This document shows positions 24,747-38,900 of a stretch of 64,000 nt of DNA, piece after piece. Every line of letters starts with the position of its first letter. The stretch's first letter is position 1. The stretch is from Phoronis australis (Eukaryota; Animalia; Phoronida). The notes under the pieces are model-generated. The model saw only the letters and a list, made by a program, of their open reading frames with translations, did not search any database and was not told where the DNA came from. A program made the position numbers and the translations under genes. The stretch spans positions 17,958 through 81,957 of the forward strand of contig NMRA01000975.1 of the NCBI GenBank assembly GCA_002633005.1, read 5' to 3'.

Positions 24747-25561
24747 GTGAGTAAATTTGATGAATTTACGTTGTTTTTACTTCCATTGTGAAAACAGAGA
24801 CACGAGTTCAAGGCGTAACACATTGAGGAAGGGCAAATAGAGGTTTGGGCTGGTTTCTTTTCCAATTACTGGAGATAAGTTACGTTGAACGAGGCATCGC
24901 TTGAGTCAAAGGGGATGCGTATGTCATTTTAGCAAATTGCGGTTATTTTTGGCACTAAATCAATAAATTGACCATGAAGTTATGAAGAAGCGACTTGTGA
25001 AAATATAACACAACGCTTGTTTTTCGTAGTTTTGTCAGGATTTCTGATTCTTCGACACTTTCCTGTTGAAAGATGCGATCGAGAACGCCAAGATAAGCAA
25101 TCGGAAACGCAAATTTTTGTTTGTTTATGCGATCGAGAACGCATCGTGGTGTGCCGAACAGTTATAAACTTTTTACTTATAGAACGTGAAAAGGGTTACA
25201 AAATAAGTGTGGTGCAATGAATTAATCACATTTTGAGTCATTACTGTTACTTTCGTTTCCAAACTAAACAATATCCTAGCATTACCATTAAATTAAAATG
25301 AGCGGCTACATGTACATCAAGCCATATTTTACTATGATTATTGATATTTTCACAAATGAATTTATTTTCATGTTCACTGTTATTACTGTGAGGCGAGATT
25401 CAACGAACAGATTTATCAGGACGTGAATGTACACCCATACATACAGACATACTTTTAGATGAAACCAAGTGGAACAAGTGGTTCTAAACTAAGACTCATC
25501 CAGCAATTTTTCCTTTTGGTGTGTAAGCCAGGAGTAAACAAACTGTTGATGCAGATGAAAG

Positions 25562-25878
25562 CAGTGGCGAATTTAGGAGGGGGGGGGGGTATCAAGGGAG
25601 CCATGCCCCCTAAAATTCTCCTAAATGCCATTTGGCAGTCCGGGGTGCGAATTGCCGACTAGCATATGCGCGCACCCAAGTGGGCTCGAGGGGTTATTAC
25701 GCAATTCATAGGCCTTGAACAAACCCCGTGTACCTTTTTAGTAATAAGGTCCACAAACCCAAAATTTCGAGGCCCCTGCATCTCTACATTTTAGGCTGGG
25801 CGCGCGCACGTGGCAAAATTCTGACTATGATTTTTGTGCCCTGCCCCCCCCCAACTCAAAATCCTGGATCCGCCCCTG
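25562..25878. mobile_element. Non-autonomous TIR element CAGTGGCG...CGCCCCTG
   Basis: TIRs cagtggcgaatttagga / tcctggatccgcccctg, with gaaag on both flanks (5-bp TSD candidate); shorter relative at 62579-62730. Confidence 0.75.
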
Positions 25879-28800
25879 GAAAGCGAGTGTCGAATCTTCT
25901 TGCAAGATTGTGACAGCAAAACAAAACAAATACGCCAGTGAAGTTAAAGAATGATGATGAGCGTGCCTGTGGGGAGCGAGAAGAGTGCGGCAACACCATT
26001 CGTGAGGTGATTCAAAGATTACCGCTGATGAACGTCTGTGATTTAAAAATATGCCAGAAATAGTGTTAACTGTTTTGCTGATAAAACGGGTGATATCTTG
26101 TTGGATGTTTTACTGATATTATCGATACAGAGATGAACAGATTGACTTGTGGCACTTGTGCGGCTTGGATATACAACATATGTTTGACTCTTCTGTTTTG
26201 TAGTATTGGTCCTGAGTGCATTTTCAGTTCATGATCTCCAGTTTAACGTGACATTGAAAAAGAGTGAGGCAAGATATAATACACCTACTATATTGTGATT
26301 TTCTCAAAACGTAGTTAAAATGTTGTCTTTAACATCACTTCAAGACACAATGTAGTGATTACACAAGAAATCAACAACAATATTAAAGCAATAAATATTA
26401 TTAATCTTTTATCACACATACCACAAAATTGGTCATACGGAAAAAAAGATATAAAACATTGCTTTAGGGAAATCAACATAACACATCCAGTGTACATATC
26501 ATGCGAAATATTTTTGGAGTGTATTAGACTAAATCTTCACTGAATCATAGACAATCTATTTCGGACCGGTTCATAGTATAAAATTCTCTCACAGGGAATC
26601 AACAACAATATGAAAACAGTTTCTACAGTTATGGCAGACATATAGTTTTCTTTTGAAATACTAATTGGTCATAACGATTGTATGTAAGAATCACCCAATG
26701 ACACATAGAGTGGCCATTTAAATGTACCCAAACACAACAAAAATGCACTGGTTCTGTTAAACATGCTGCTGAAATAACACGAATAGGGAAAGGTTCAAAA
26801 CAAAACGGGGCAAAATGCTATCACATCAGACAACTACCAACCATAAACTCTGTAAATCTGAATAAAGTTTCGTGAATTAACAACTTTCACTACTGGACTG
26901 AATAATTTTATTCATGGTGATTCTGATTCTCATGTCTGTAGAAGGAGGCACACTCTTTGCATGACACATTCACAACTTACAACAAGGAGTGTCCTCAGGC
27001 TTACTCTTTCTGTGAAACATTGATCGCAGATAGGGCACTGAAACAACTTGGTTCCTGAGCACTATGCTTCATATTGTGTTTTCTTATGCGGTAAAAAAAA
27101 ATCTTGCCCAATGCATAATTTAATAAACTCACTTCATGAAGATAATACCTAGGATAATCTCGCAAAAGTGCAAGTTTCCGCAAGTTCTTGCAACATATTG
27201 TCATGTATTATAAGCGAAACACTCGACCTTTTCTTGCTTGTGTCACAGGTTCATAGTACACAGCCCTGGATTACCCTTTCCCAAGTGAATATTGATGTAA
27301 TCCTATGGCAATTTTCTCGCATTGTTTTCCATTATGTAACGCTAAGCACTAACAGCTCAAGAGTAAACGGTCCGTATATGTATGTTATTGGCTTGAAGTG
27401 AATACGGCAGGAGAAATTTTCTAGTGCCAGATCTCGTGTGAGGTAAATAACGTGTTTCTGAGATACAATACACGTTATTCACGGAGTCACCATTCTTGCA
27501 ATGTCTATAACTTGTGGCAAAGTCATTAGTTTGGAAAAATTGGGAGGTGGGAGGTTTTAAACAGCAAAGATGAAGACAACTGCTAAAAATGAATAGGCTA
27601 TGGTATACTCTTCTGGATGATTAAATAAAAATACTGCTGACTTTTTAATATTTGAAAGAAATTTTGCATAGTTTACATTTTAAGTTCCATTTTACCCTCG
27701 AGGCCTGGCTAAAAGTGAAACGTGGAATAAGTCTGTTTACTCTCATGAAATCTGCCTCATAATATTCCGTACTGGGACAAAACTCAGTTTTGTCACCTAC
27801 AAGGACATCAAAACCGTCAGCTATTCAAGACAACGTTAGGGTTCAGATTTAATTGGGGCTGGTAGACCAACCCCAAACTTGCTAATTCTAAAACGGCGCG
27901 TGTACGTATTGCCTGTGACTTGAGTTGGTAACGTAAACGCGTTATATTACGAGACTCGGAGTTTCTTAAGTTTACCATAAAGGAAAGGTACATCTATAGC
28001 AAAATAACGAAATCCTATGTAATATGAAGATTCAAAATGAAATCTCAAAAAGCTCTGTTACAGTTTCAGTCTGAAGTAGGCCTATCATTTCATTTCCATT
28101 TCATGCAACTTTAACTTTTTCATCAAAATCATAAAAGTGATAATTTTTGTAGTTTCATAGCTCCTCATAGAAAATTGGATATCACTAAAGACAATTTCTA
28201 ATACAGTTTTGAAGAAAGGTGCATAAAAACAGTACTTTCCCGCTCTGCCATTTCCGAGCTATGATATTCCGAACATTGTTAGATACCTATATTGCCATGC
28301 AGGTCAACATGGAATATTCTTCGGATTTATCCTCGCACACGTACATCGACGCGGAGAGGTAGTTATAGAGACTAGGTACAAAACTTCACGAAACAAAGCA
28401 GCTTCTTAATTGAAATGTTCGCACTTTTTTTACCTCAGCTTTAATGAGAGCATGCAACTTGAGCAAACGTGTCAAGTTTTAAAGTGCTACCGGAACGCCA
28501 ACCGCATCAAAACTCCAGGATTTTATCGTACTCTTCATTTCACCTGCTGCATTACGTTGCTTATCGTCACTACCGCGAGAATTTCCATGGGTGCCTAGTC
28601 GGAAAACGAAAGTTTAAAAAACGTCGTCTTTATGAAACCGAATATACGCCCTGATGCATATTTTCAGGAACTTAAATTTAGGGGCCTATTGGACCCCGCA
28701 CGGATCTCGCGAAACTTGCTGAAATGAAGCACCGCTCACCAATTTTTGGTTAACGCCTGCGGGCACCTTGTCAATTATATGAGTGACTCCTCGGTGTGTC

Positions 28801-29927
28801 AATACAGCTAGTTACCAACAGATAGCAATCTGAATGAAGTGGCAATCCTTACCATTTGAAATAAACAAAACGTTTCATCAAAACAGATTACGTTAGAACA
28901 ATCCGTCAAACTTTTTGCAAAATCAATTACCGAAAACCTGAATACCCCTATGGGCATTTTTTGGAAAATGTTCCGAAAATACGCCCATGAGCCTGTGCTT
29001 TTGTTTCTCTATACGGGGCCACTGGCAGTCGCCGAGTCCGCTGCGGCCTATGGGGCTCAATGGCACTGCCAGAGTGGACCGGCGAAACTATGAATGGAAC
29101 GAGCCTCAACTAGGACAGCCGCGATGGAAGGTTCAGGCCATTTTTCACGCTTAGTTGTATGCAACACTTGTCTGACCCACAACCGCTCTCCAGCACTGTA
29201 CATTCGCGCACCCAGGGGGGATTGGCTAGGGGGCTCGAAGGAGCCCCTCCATTTGACGAGGTGGGCAAGAAGGTCAGCCCCTGAGACAAAAAGTCCAAAA
29301 ATGGAACTAAATACGCGAACTTCACAGTGGTGCTCCCGTTTTTTTTTTCTTTTCTTATTTTTTTTGTCCGCCCGCTCTTTTGTTAGCAACTAGGTCCACA
29401 ACGTCAGGAATTCGAGGCCCCCCATATTGAAGGCTGGGTGCGCGCATATTGTATAGGCGCCTGGCCGGTCCTCGCGGAAGAATAGACATTTTGTTAAACG
29501 TCATTTTTCGCATTAGATGGCGCTAAGTACTTTCTACTCCAATATCATTGCGCGGGAGCTCAAATCCCTTGGGCAGTTAAAGCATATCTAAGGTAGAAAT
29601 AATTGATTTAAAAATGACCCTTCCAAAACACGTGAAAGGTTATAAGAGGTGTGTCTGAGATGTAATAATAAGATTTAGTTTCTGCCAAAATGTGGTAAAA
29701 AGTCGCGAGTAAGCCGCGTATTAATCACAACCCAAGATCCAGTTTGTGAATAGTCTAGGTCGCTTTCATCGCGGGGGCAACCGTAAACAAGTTGGTAAAC
29801 AACGTGGCAGCTTTTGTATCAGTGTTATTATCGCAGAGAGTGCATTGATTAGCGAACGATTGGCGCGGACAGTATTTGCGTTTTCAACTCTACAGTTTCT
29901 CGCAATTCCTACAAATTTCAGACCAAA

Positions 29928-32900
29928 ATGGGATGTAACAGCAGCAAAAACACCCAGACAGCCAGCGGGGCTCCCCCAAAGGCGAAATCGACTTCGCAAC
30001 CGCCTGCGCAGGAGGTAAAACCACAGCCCAAGGAAGAACCGAAGAAGATTGAGGAGACGCAGCAACAACAGGATAACAAAGCACAAGAAGAAGGTATAGT
30101 ATATAGTGACTATGTCGCTTATTCTGTTTTAGGCCTAGGCCTAGGTTTCATCTCGCAGGAGTCTTAAGCTGCTGAGTTTGAGCTAAAATAACGCCGATAT
30201 GTTACTCAACTCGTAAAATTTAGGCCACTGGTATGGCAGTTCTAGCTAAATTAAGGTACGTTTGCTCGTTGTGCTTGATACTAAAACAATAGTCACAGCT
30301 TAGTGATCATAATTGTTCAATAACGTTGTGGTAATTTTGGTGGACTGAAACTGTCATAGGCAATTGTTTCAACATTCAGTAGGCCTTAGTATTTCAGAAC
30401 ACTTCCTTCTCGTTATTTAGTATACATGCAACTTTTTTTCTAATTGACTTCAATTAAAGTAATTTTGATATTGATGACTAAGTTCTCATGGCTGTTCAGT
30501 TATCATGTTCGTTTCATGTATACATTTAAAGATTTTATAGGCCTATTTGATAGGGCCCAATGCCTTATAATATCTCCACACTTAATTTCACTGTTAATCT
30601 GCTTCTTGTTGCACCCTCTTCCAGTAATAACAAGTAACTGGTGATTTCACTTCCTCAGTCGCAGCCCCTGTACAGGCAGTACAGCTTTATTGAAACTTCA
30701 ATGTGGTGTCCGGTTGCTCTGTTTAACCAATAAGCTCCTGGTATAGCTCACTCAGGTGTTACGGTATAGATTTGGATTTAGGAAAACTGTTCAAATTCGG
30801 CAAACCTCATTTGGTCCATCGTATCTCAAAAAGGGCTGATTGAATTAAAATGAAATTTTCAATTTTAAGACTATTTTTAAAGTGTTCTACTTATCCATAA
30901 AATGTTATCTAGAATAGGACTTCATGACCAAATAGCCTCCTTGGTCTTCTTGGTAGACAGTGATCTTCATTGTCCTTTTGTGGTCAACTCAATACAACCA
31001 AGATGTCTGGACTCTCTTTGTATTCAGTTTAGAGTCTGCTTGATTCAATTTCATGAAAAGATTTTGGGAGTGAGATTGCAATTGTTGTGTTACCTGCAGG
31101 GCAATAACACAGATACAACCACAGCACATCATTGAACTGTTAAAACCAGATTGCCTGGTGATGATGTAATGTTGTTATAAGAAATTAAAATATTTAACAA
31201 ATAAAACTATTAGTTACTCAAATTTTTGCAAGTAATCTGGAAAAGAATATCTACTCAAAAATTAAATTGGCGTGCCCCCTTCTTCTCTGGTGAACGAAAT
31301 TTGTTATAACTATGTAGTCATCTCTGAGTAATGTGTAGTTTAGCAATCTGTGGTAAAATGTTAGACATGTGAGAGGTGTGAAGAAATCAAGAGGATCTTT
31401 AGACATGTTAGAAAACAAGGTCTCTTTTATGATTTTTTATTTGTGCAACATTTATTTCTGTTCTGTTTTTCCCTATAATTGTCTTAGAAGCCTTCGTGCC
31501 ACGTCTAGTATTAAATGCCACGCTTCTGTTCCATGTTGTCTCTTTAGTTACATTACTTTTGTAGTCAATGTCTGTCATTCTTCTATGAATATTATGAATA
31601 CTTTTCACATATCCCCTGTTGACAAGCACCTTTAAAGTTTCATTCCGTATTGTTGATGAATTAAGATGAGATGAAGGACAATGCTACGGTAAAGTTTAGT
31701 TGCCAGGGATTGCTGTGTGCAATATTACAGCCTTGTTGACTCTTTTGTTATAAATAAGTTATCAGTTTCTAAGGTACACATGTAAATGTTACTGTGAATA
31801 ATTGAATAGGTATTCCCCTAAGTTGCAAAAAAGGTTAATTGAGTTGCGGAAGTTAGCTGATCACCTGACTATTAACATTATTGATACATGAATATTGACT
31901 AATCTATTGGTTGTCAAACATTTCAACAGGGATAAATAAATAGATGTTACAGGATAAACTAACACTGAGCCAGTCTGTATCTATAGATTAAACATTCTGT
32001 TTGCATATGTTATTGGTAAGGAAGGGGAGGCACTTGTTGTTGAAGTTTGTGTAACATTTATCGTAAAAGGCTGTGTTACTGAAATTCAGAGATTGAAATG
32101 TTTTTAAGTTTTGTTGGTACTGCTCAGTGTCTATAGTTGTTTTTGTGACTGCTGACACTGTCTTGTTTGAGTTGGCCAGACTGTCAAGTTTATGGGATAG
32201 CGAATCATCTTAAAAGGATCAGATGAAAATTGTTAGTTGCACTCAGAAATAAGTCGGATTTTTCACAAGAGTCTTGTGCTATCACTTCTGATTATCAAAA
32301 TATAAATTAATCGACTATGTCTCTTTTAAAGTTATGTGGGCCTCTACCATAAAAGGGGGCGAATTTAACTTTGACATCATATCACAGCAATGAGACTTCC
32401 CAATACTGCATTTTATGTATAGTTCTACAAAGTACTTTTAGGAAATGTTTTTCTTTTGCAATGAGAGGCTATCAAAATTAAACAGTTCAAATGACATTAG
32501 GTTTGTTTTTGATACCAGTGTTTGCTGTTACTGTAACTTACTTTTTTGCTAAATTTATCTTAAAGTCATGGTCCTGTCACACAAATGGCAAATTGGTGTA
32601 AAGTCAAAAAACAAGATCTGCAGGCTTTCTCACTTCCTGAAAATTTACACTTTTACTGCATTAAATTCTATATATTTTATTAGATGCACCAACTCATTGA
32701 TAAGCTCCCTGGTAACCTTGCAGTTAAGGAATTTTAGCTGTCATCTTCTTCAATGTGTTTTTCTTTTTGTTTCTAGCTGAAACATCACAAAAAGAGCAGG
32801 AGACACAGGGTGAAGAAAAGAAGGACGAAGAAAAACCAGCTGGTATGTGTTCCGTTAAACATTGGTTTTTAAATTTGTATTCTTAGTATTTCATGATTGG

Positions 32901-35900
32901 TATTTAATTAAAATTCTTAAATTGGCTGCGTACCAGGTTTCTGAAATTTATGTCACACTTATTCGATTATCATGTGTTTTAACATTGCGTTATCGTTTAG
33001 TGTGGATCTGATCCATGACTTGTTGATTGTGTCTAATTGATGTGATGACAAATATATGCCTGTTGTATTTGTGTACAATCTAACACTACTTTTTGTTCTG
33101 GTCACCTAATTGTGTATGTGTACCTTGTTTCTGTTCATTATACACACCACACAGTCTTCATCTGCACCTGAACTGGTCTGCCAAGAGAGGGCACTTCATT
33201 ATCTAGCTGTTAGTACCACTATTACATAGCAGTTGCCTGTAGTTCTCTTTTGTACTACCAAACACTTTATTTTTCCACAATGGCAAAAACATTAATAACA
33301 GGTAATTGATATCAATTCCAAGCAAGAGAGCTATGCTTGTATCTTATGCCAGATTAGTTGAGCAGACATGTTACCCCCTGCGTACCGCTGTGACTTGCTC
33401 ATATGCCACCGTAGTACAGAGTGTGGTGGCAGTGCGCTTAGTGTTAGATATGCATGTAGCGCCCTCTCTCTGGCACCAGTTTATGCAACTTATCAGTGTA
33501 TGTTATGTCGATTTCACTACTATAGTTCAAATTAACATCCTCACAATCATGTTAAAGTGTTAAATTTCAGCTGCAGAGAAATCATGAATTGTTGAGTGTT
33601 GATTTATTGCCAGCTCATGTTTCTGGCTTGCAGAGTACCAGTTGGCTATGTTATACCTCAGTTTGTCAAAAACGACTTCAAATTGCACTTGCATGATCAA
33701 CCACTTTATGTTTTCCGATAAACTAGTTGACAATTTTGGCTTTTTGCATATTTAGGCCCTGATATATTAACTTTCTGCAATTTTTCATTACATGCTGACA
33801 ATAAGATCTTGTGAGATCAAATTCACATTGTAAATATTAGGTCCAATATCATTTGTTATTATTGACCAATCACAACTTCAGACATTCCATGACATACAAA
33901 AAGTAAGTAAGCTCATGACCTCTGCAATGAGCAAAATGGGCTATTTCCTCCAGCATGAAATTCCATTGATTGTTGTTGTTTTAATGGGCATTTTGTGGGC
34001 TTTTGGTTTTTGTTGGGGCGTCATGCTGTCAGAAAATGGTCAGGAAACATGTTTACTGCAATACTCGAACTTTATTGTCATATTCTCAGCATTTTACAAT
34101 TATGTTTCAAGAAAACTGAGGGAATTCTAACCTGGGCAGAATTTTATCTAGAAGTGGTTCAGCTTGCCAAGGTCAAATATCAAGTGCTCCCTTGAACTGA
34201 GATAACTATAATATTGGATGTTAGTGAAACTAAGATTTTTGGGGACTTCACCTTGAATTGGCAACCCCAGACTCCACTCACCAGTTGTTACTCCTGTGTT
34301 TTATTGTTGGACACTATCAACTATTTAATCTAGTGAAAGTTATTGGACAATACTTATTTAAAATTGTTACAATGGAGACCCTTATGACCACACCGCCAAT
34401 GGGAAGAGTTTTGCTGTTTTCACTCGTTTGAAGTGGGACACGTCATGACTGGGTTGTACTATAGTGATCTCAGTAAGCAAAATTTAGTTTTTGGTTGTCA
34501 TGGGAAGTGTTATTTTGTCCAGTTATGTAGCAAAATCACAATAATAAAAATTTTTCATTTCATGAGACCTCAATTTCGGTCCAACCTATTGTGCGTTTCC
34601 CTTCAGAAAACATCCGAGATTCTATCTCGTGCACCTTAACACTGTAAATTCAAGGACATGTAGTTATAGAATTTGATGTTTGTGATCCTTAACTTGTTAA
34701 AAATTTTCACAGTTATTGCTGTTTTTATGAGAGTACAATACATACGCTTCAGGGAGTGATATTCTTGGCTTAATTCTGTGTCAGACATTTTTAACGTTAT
34801 TATGTGGTGATGTGAAAAGACAAAATTCAACATTACATTTCTCGATTGTTAGGTTTTTAAAAATGTGACTAACCAACTAGCAGCTTAAATATATTATCAT
34901 GACTCTTTGACGCAATCATGATAACACTTGGCTGATAACACTAGCAAGCTGAGGAGACAAATCAAAAGACAGAATTAGAGAACATGTCTTCTCAGGACTA
35001 TTGTGTTTTTATTCGATATTTTGTGCTTATTCAGGGGAAGTTCAGTAGGTGTGCGGGTTAAGTGGAGATTTTGTACTCTCATGAAAATGTCAGTTATTGT
35101 GATATAAATGTAATAACATTATCATTGTATAAAGAGATCTAGTAAGCATTAATTTAATCATTTTCATAAAATGTTGTAATAACTTCAATTTTACAGTTCA
35201 GTCAAAACCACTTCGTAGTAATTCGACGACCCTCATTTCTCCACGTGAAGATTGATAAAATATTTTTGCTCATAAAAACACTTAAGAGCATAGTATGAAT
35301 TATGAAATGTTTTTGTTTAGTTTTCAAGATATAGCAGTTTGACAATGGAAAATGATCAGAACTAGGTTTAACCCAAAAACCATAATTAATTTATAGTTGC
35401 TATGGAAATGTTCTCCAATTGACTCTTGATTAGTTGGACGTCTGTAACAATGTCTTGCAATTAGTCTTCTAAGTAGAATTGCATCTCTTCTGCGTATCAT
35501 GGTTAATATTTAAGGACATTTTTGTCTGCCTGCTGGCACCAGGTGAAATTTTATAGTGGTAACAATGTACCTAGTGCATGTTTATGCAACCATGACAACA
35601 TATTCAACACACTGCGTCTAACTTCTTTTGGGTGTGATGAAAGTAATTCCAGAAAATGGTTAAAGTTGCAGTAACCTGTCTACTGTGTTCGTCTACATTC
35701 TATGTACCCTGTCTTCTAATGGTACTTTGATCTGTTCATCACTATCCTACTCGGCTGTTGTACCGGCAGTTATTCATTTCCTCTCCCACCCCTCCCCCTG
35801 TTGTGTAAATGGATATGCACTGTTTGATATACATCTTCTATGCATATTCTGAAGTTGGTTGTAGCTTTGATCTTCCTTTCCATTTGAATCAAGTTAAATT

Positions 35901-38900
35901 GTATGGACTTCATTTCGGCCTGATCTCTAACACTGTGGTTTGGTAACGGTTTTTCTTTAAGTGGACCTGTCAACTTCCTTTTCCTTAGACTTCTGAAGAA
36001 TTAGTTCACAATAACTTTATTAAGAAGTCAATGTCTCAAACCAATACTTCTGGTTTGAGTTTGTTTCAGTCAACTGTTCCAGAACCATGCGACTGTTTCC
36101 ACAAAACCGTACACATTTGTCAGTGAAATTGCATTCCCTGATCATTCTTGCACCATACCTCTTCTATAACATTCTGTATATTATGACATGTCTTCTGTCT
36201 TTCCACTCTAGATGTAATATCCTTTATGTCTTGTCTTCTCCATGTTGGTGATCATTTGCTGTTGGATCCTCCCATCCCTTTGACTCGTCTTCCATAACCA
36301 TGCAGTTGTTCCTCTAATCCTGTGATCGTCTCTTCCCTCGGTGGCTGGATTGTTTTTTATGTCTGTATGCTCTGCACTTGGAAATGACCGTGTTCATAAC
36401 TGGTCGTACCATACTTTCCAACCAATCAGAAGAAGCAAAACAGGAAGAGGAACCAGCGGTGTGTGAGGATGTCCCTGTGGATGAACACTCTGATGAAAAG
36501 CCAGCAGACCATGAACAAACAAGTGAAGAAAGTGAACCAAAGTCAGACCATTGTGCAGATGACAAAACTGAAGAACCAACTGAAACTAATGCCAATGAAG
36601 GTAAGGTCGGCGGTACCCTCTCCCTGTCGCTGATGTTGTGCCCTCCACTGGCATGGCTTGCATTTCCCTCGTTCTACAGTGTCTACTGAACAATCTGATC
36701 TTGGATCTTGTCTTCAGCAGTGCCACTCTGTCTCCTGGTATTGCTGCATGTTAAGATTGGAAGCTGTTGCTGTTCCCTTATGTTTCTTTCGCCCTAATGA
36801 TGTTTCGTGCTCCTCCACACTCTGACTGAGCTGCTCTCGACAGAGGGCACTGCTGTTGATGCATACCTCCTGGACTCCTCTTTATTTATCTTCCCATATT
36901 CCCTCCTTTTACGCGTTGAAAGGATCAGATATGGTATTTGGTAAGTTACCATCCTGATGTTGCATGATACAGTTGTTCTTATGTACAAGACAGTGCTTCA
37001 AACTGTTTCCTTTTATCACTATTCTATATCTCTTATTGCATCAAAATGTCCTTTCTTTAGAAATGTGATCCAAGGTGTAGTCCACTATCTGAACAAGATG
37101 CATGGTCCTGATTGCTTTTTTTTTTCTTCATGCTCTTTCATTTTGTACCTGTATTAATTGTGGTCCGAGACGTACAGTCCACAAAAAGATAGTGCATGGA
37201 ATTTTTTCATGTACATCTGTATCTTGTGGTCGTCACATAATAATTCATGTGGTCTGAGATGTTGTCCTTAAAAAATTGCCCCAAGAATGTTGTATAGAAC
37301 TGCAGGGCAAAATTTGGGCAGAGGACCAAAATGAATTGTGAAATTGGCGAGGGCGATGATGAGTAGGCAACGGGGGAGAGAATTTGATGTTTTTGTGCTT
37401 CCAAGTTATTCATACCTTTCTGGCAGAACCAGTGAACCTCACTGACAAAATAGGTTTATTTCATGTAACAAGCCTCTGGCCCACATTACAATATATAACA
37501 CAAAGAGAGTACAATAATTTTTCAAGTCTCAATTAATTGGTATCAAGGAACTCATTTCGGCATTTCTCCGCATTAATTAAATATCTAGCACCTTTTCTCA
37601 GAACATGTAAGTCATGAGTCCGTAGAAAATTTCTGAATACTATATGTCTTCCACCTTATCGTACCTTGGTAAAAACCGCACTCGTACATCCGGGAATTCC
37701 GTTTCCACTTTCCCACTGTCACAGCAGGGACATAATCTGTCTTCTCTGTCAAATCCACTGAACCTTCCCTGGATAATCATTAATTAATGTGCGGAGCATC
37801 TAAACCTTGCAAGGGCTATTCTATGAAGTCTATTTTCTAAACATGTTACGTCTTTTTCTACTACAAAGTTACATTTAATGAAAAGTGAATAATTCAGAGA
37901 TCTCCTCTCCTGTCCTGTGTCATCTTAATGCACTGTGTAATTTAGGCAGATGTACTGTTCTGACATATGGCAGTGGCACAAAAATCTTGCATTTTCTTGT
38001 GTGCTCACTGAACGCACACAAAGGGACTTGAAGTCTGCACAGAACTTACTGCACTGTATTGTTATGGATGCTTTATTCCATTTTCTCACCTATGAGGATG
38101 TGGGTGACCGGGCATTCAACCCATTCATTTGTGCTGTGTGTGCTGGATCTCAATCTAAGTATAGATTTCCAATAATAATTACGTAGTAAATTTTGTTACT
38201 TCTTTTTTATGCAATGATTTGGCTAATCCCATTTTATTTCATTATGTTGTTTTGCAATGGTGATGAAATTGACTTCATTACCTTTGGCCATTATGGATAT
38301 ACATTATAGATAACAGTTAAGACTTGTTCTTGTCATATTGAGTTACAGTGGGTGTTGGCTATCTGCAAGAGTCAGGTTATCAGTAGTTACTTGGTAACCT
38401 GCTTTGTTGATGGTAAACAGTCTGGAATTATTTACCGTGGCTAAACCTTTGGTGTCAAGAGAGCTCACTACCATTTACACTGATACAAAACTGAGATTTA
38501 GTAATAGATAACACTGAAATTCCTTTCTGAAACATCATTTAAGGGGTTTGTGTTTTGGGGTTGAACCCTTTGTTTTAATTCTTCAATGTAACCAGTCAAC
38601 ATTCCTTGTTACACTATGTGAAACCATGGACCAAATGGAGTTCTGTGATTGTCTCAAAGAAAGATGAACCTCCAATAAGATTCCACGTTTGGAAGTTTGT
38701 GTTTTCAGTGTGACCTAAGAAGGTCTGCATGGGTAATGAACAAATCAGAAATGTGCCAGGCTGATTGTTCTTTTAGTGGTAGTTCAATCATGTAAAGTGT
38801 AACATAAAGACTTCTGGTCATTTCATGTAGCATGGGCTAACATCAAGTCAATGCCTGGCAAGTGAAGCACCATATCAGGGATCAGTCGGAGATCAGTCGT

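Noticed and set aside
29057-29393. Overlapping ~100-aa ORFs on both strands
   Set aside because: GC-rich repeat-derived sequence with no protein motif or splice support.
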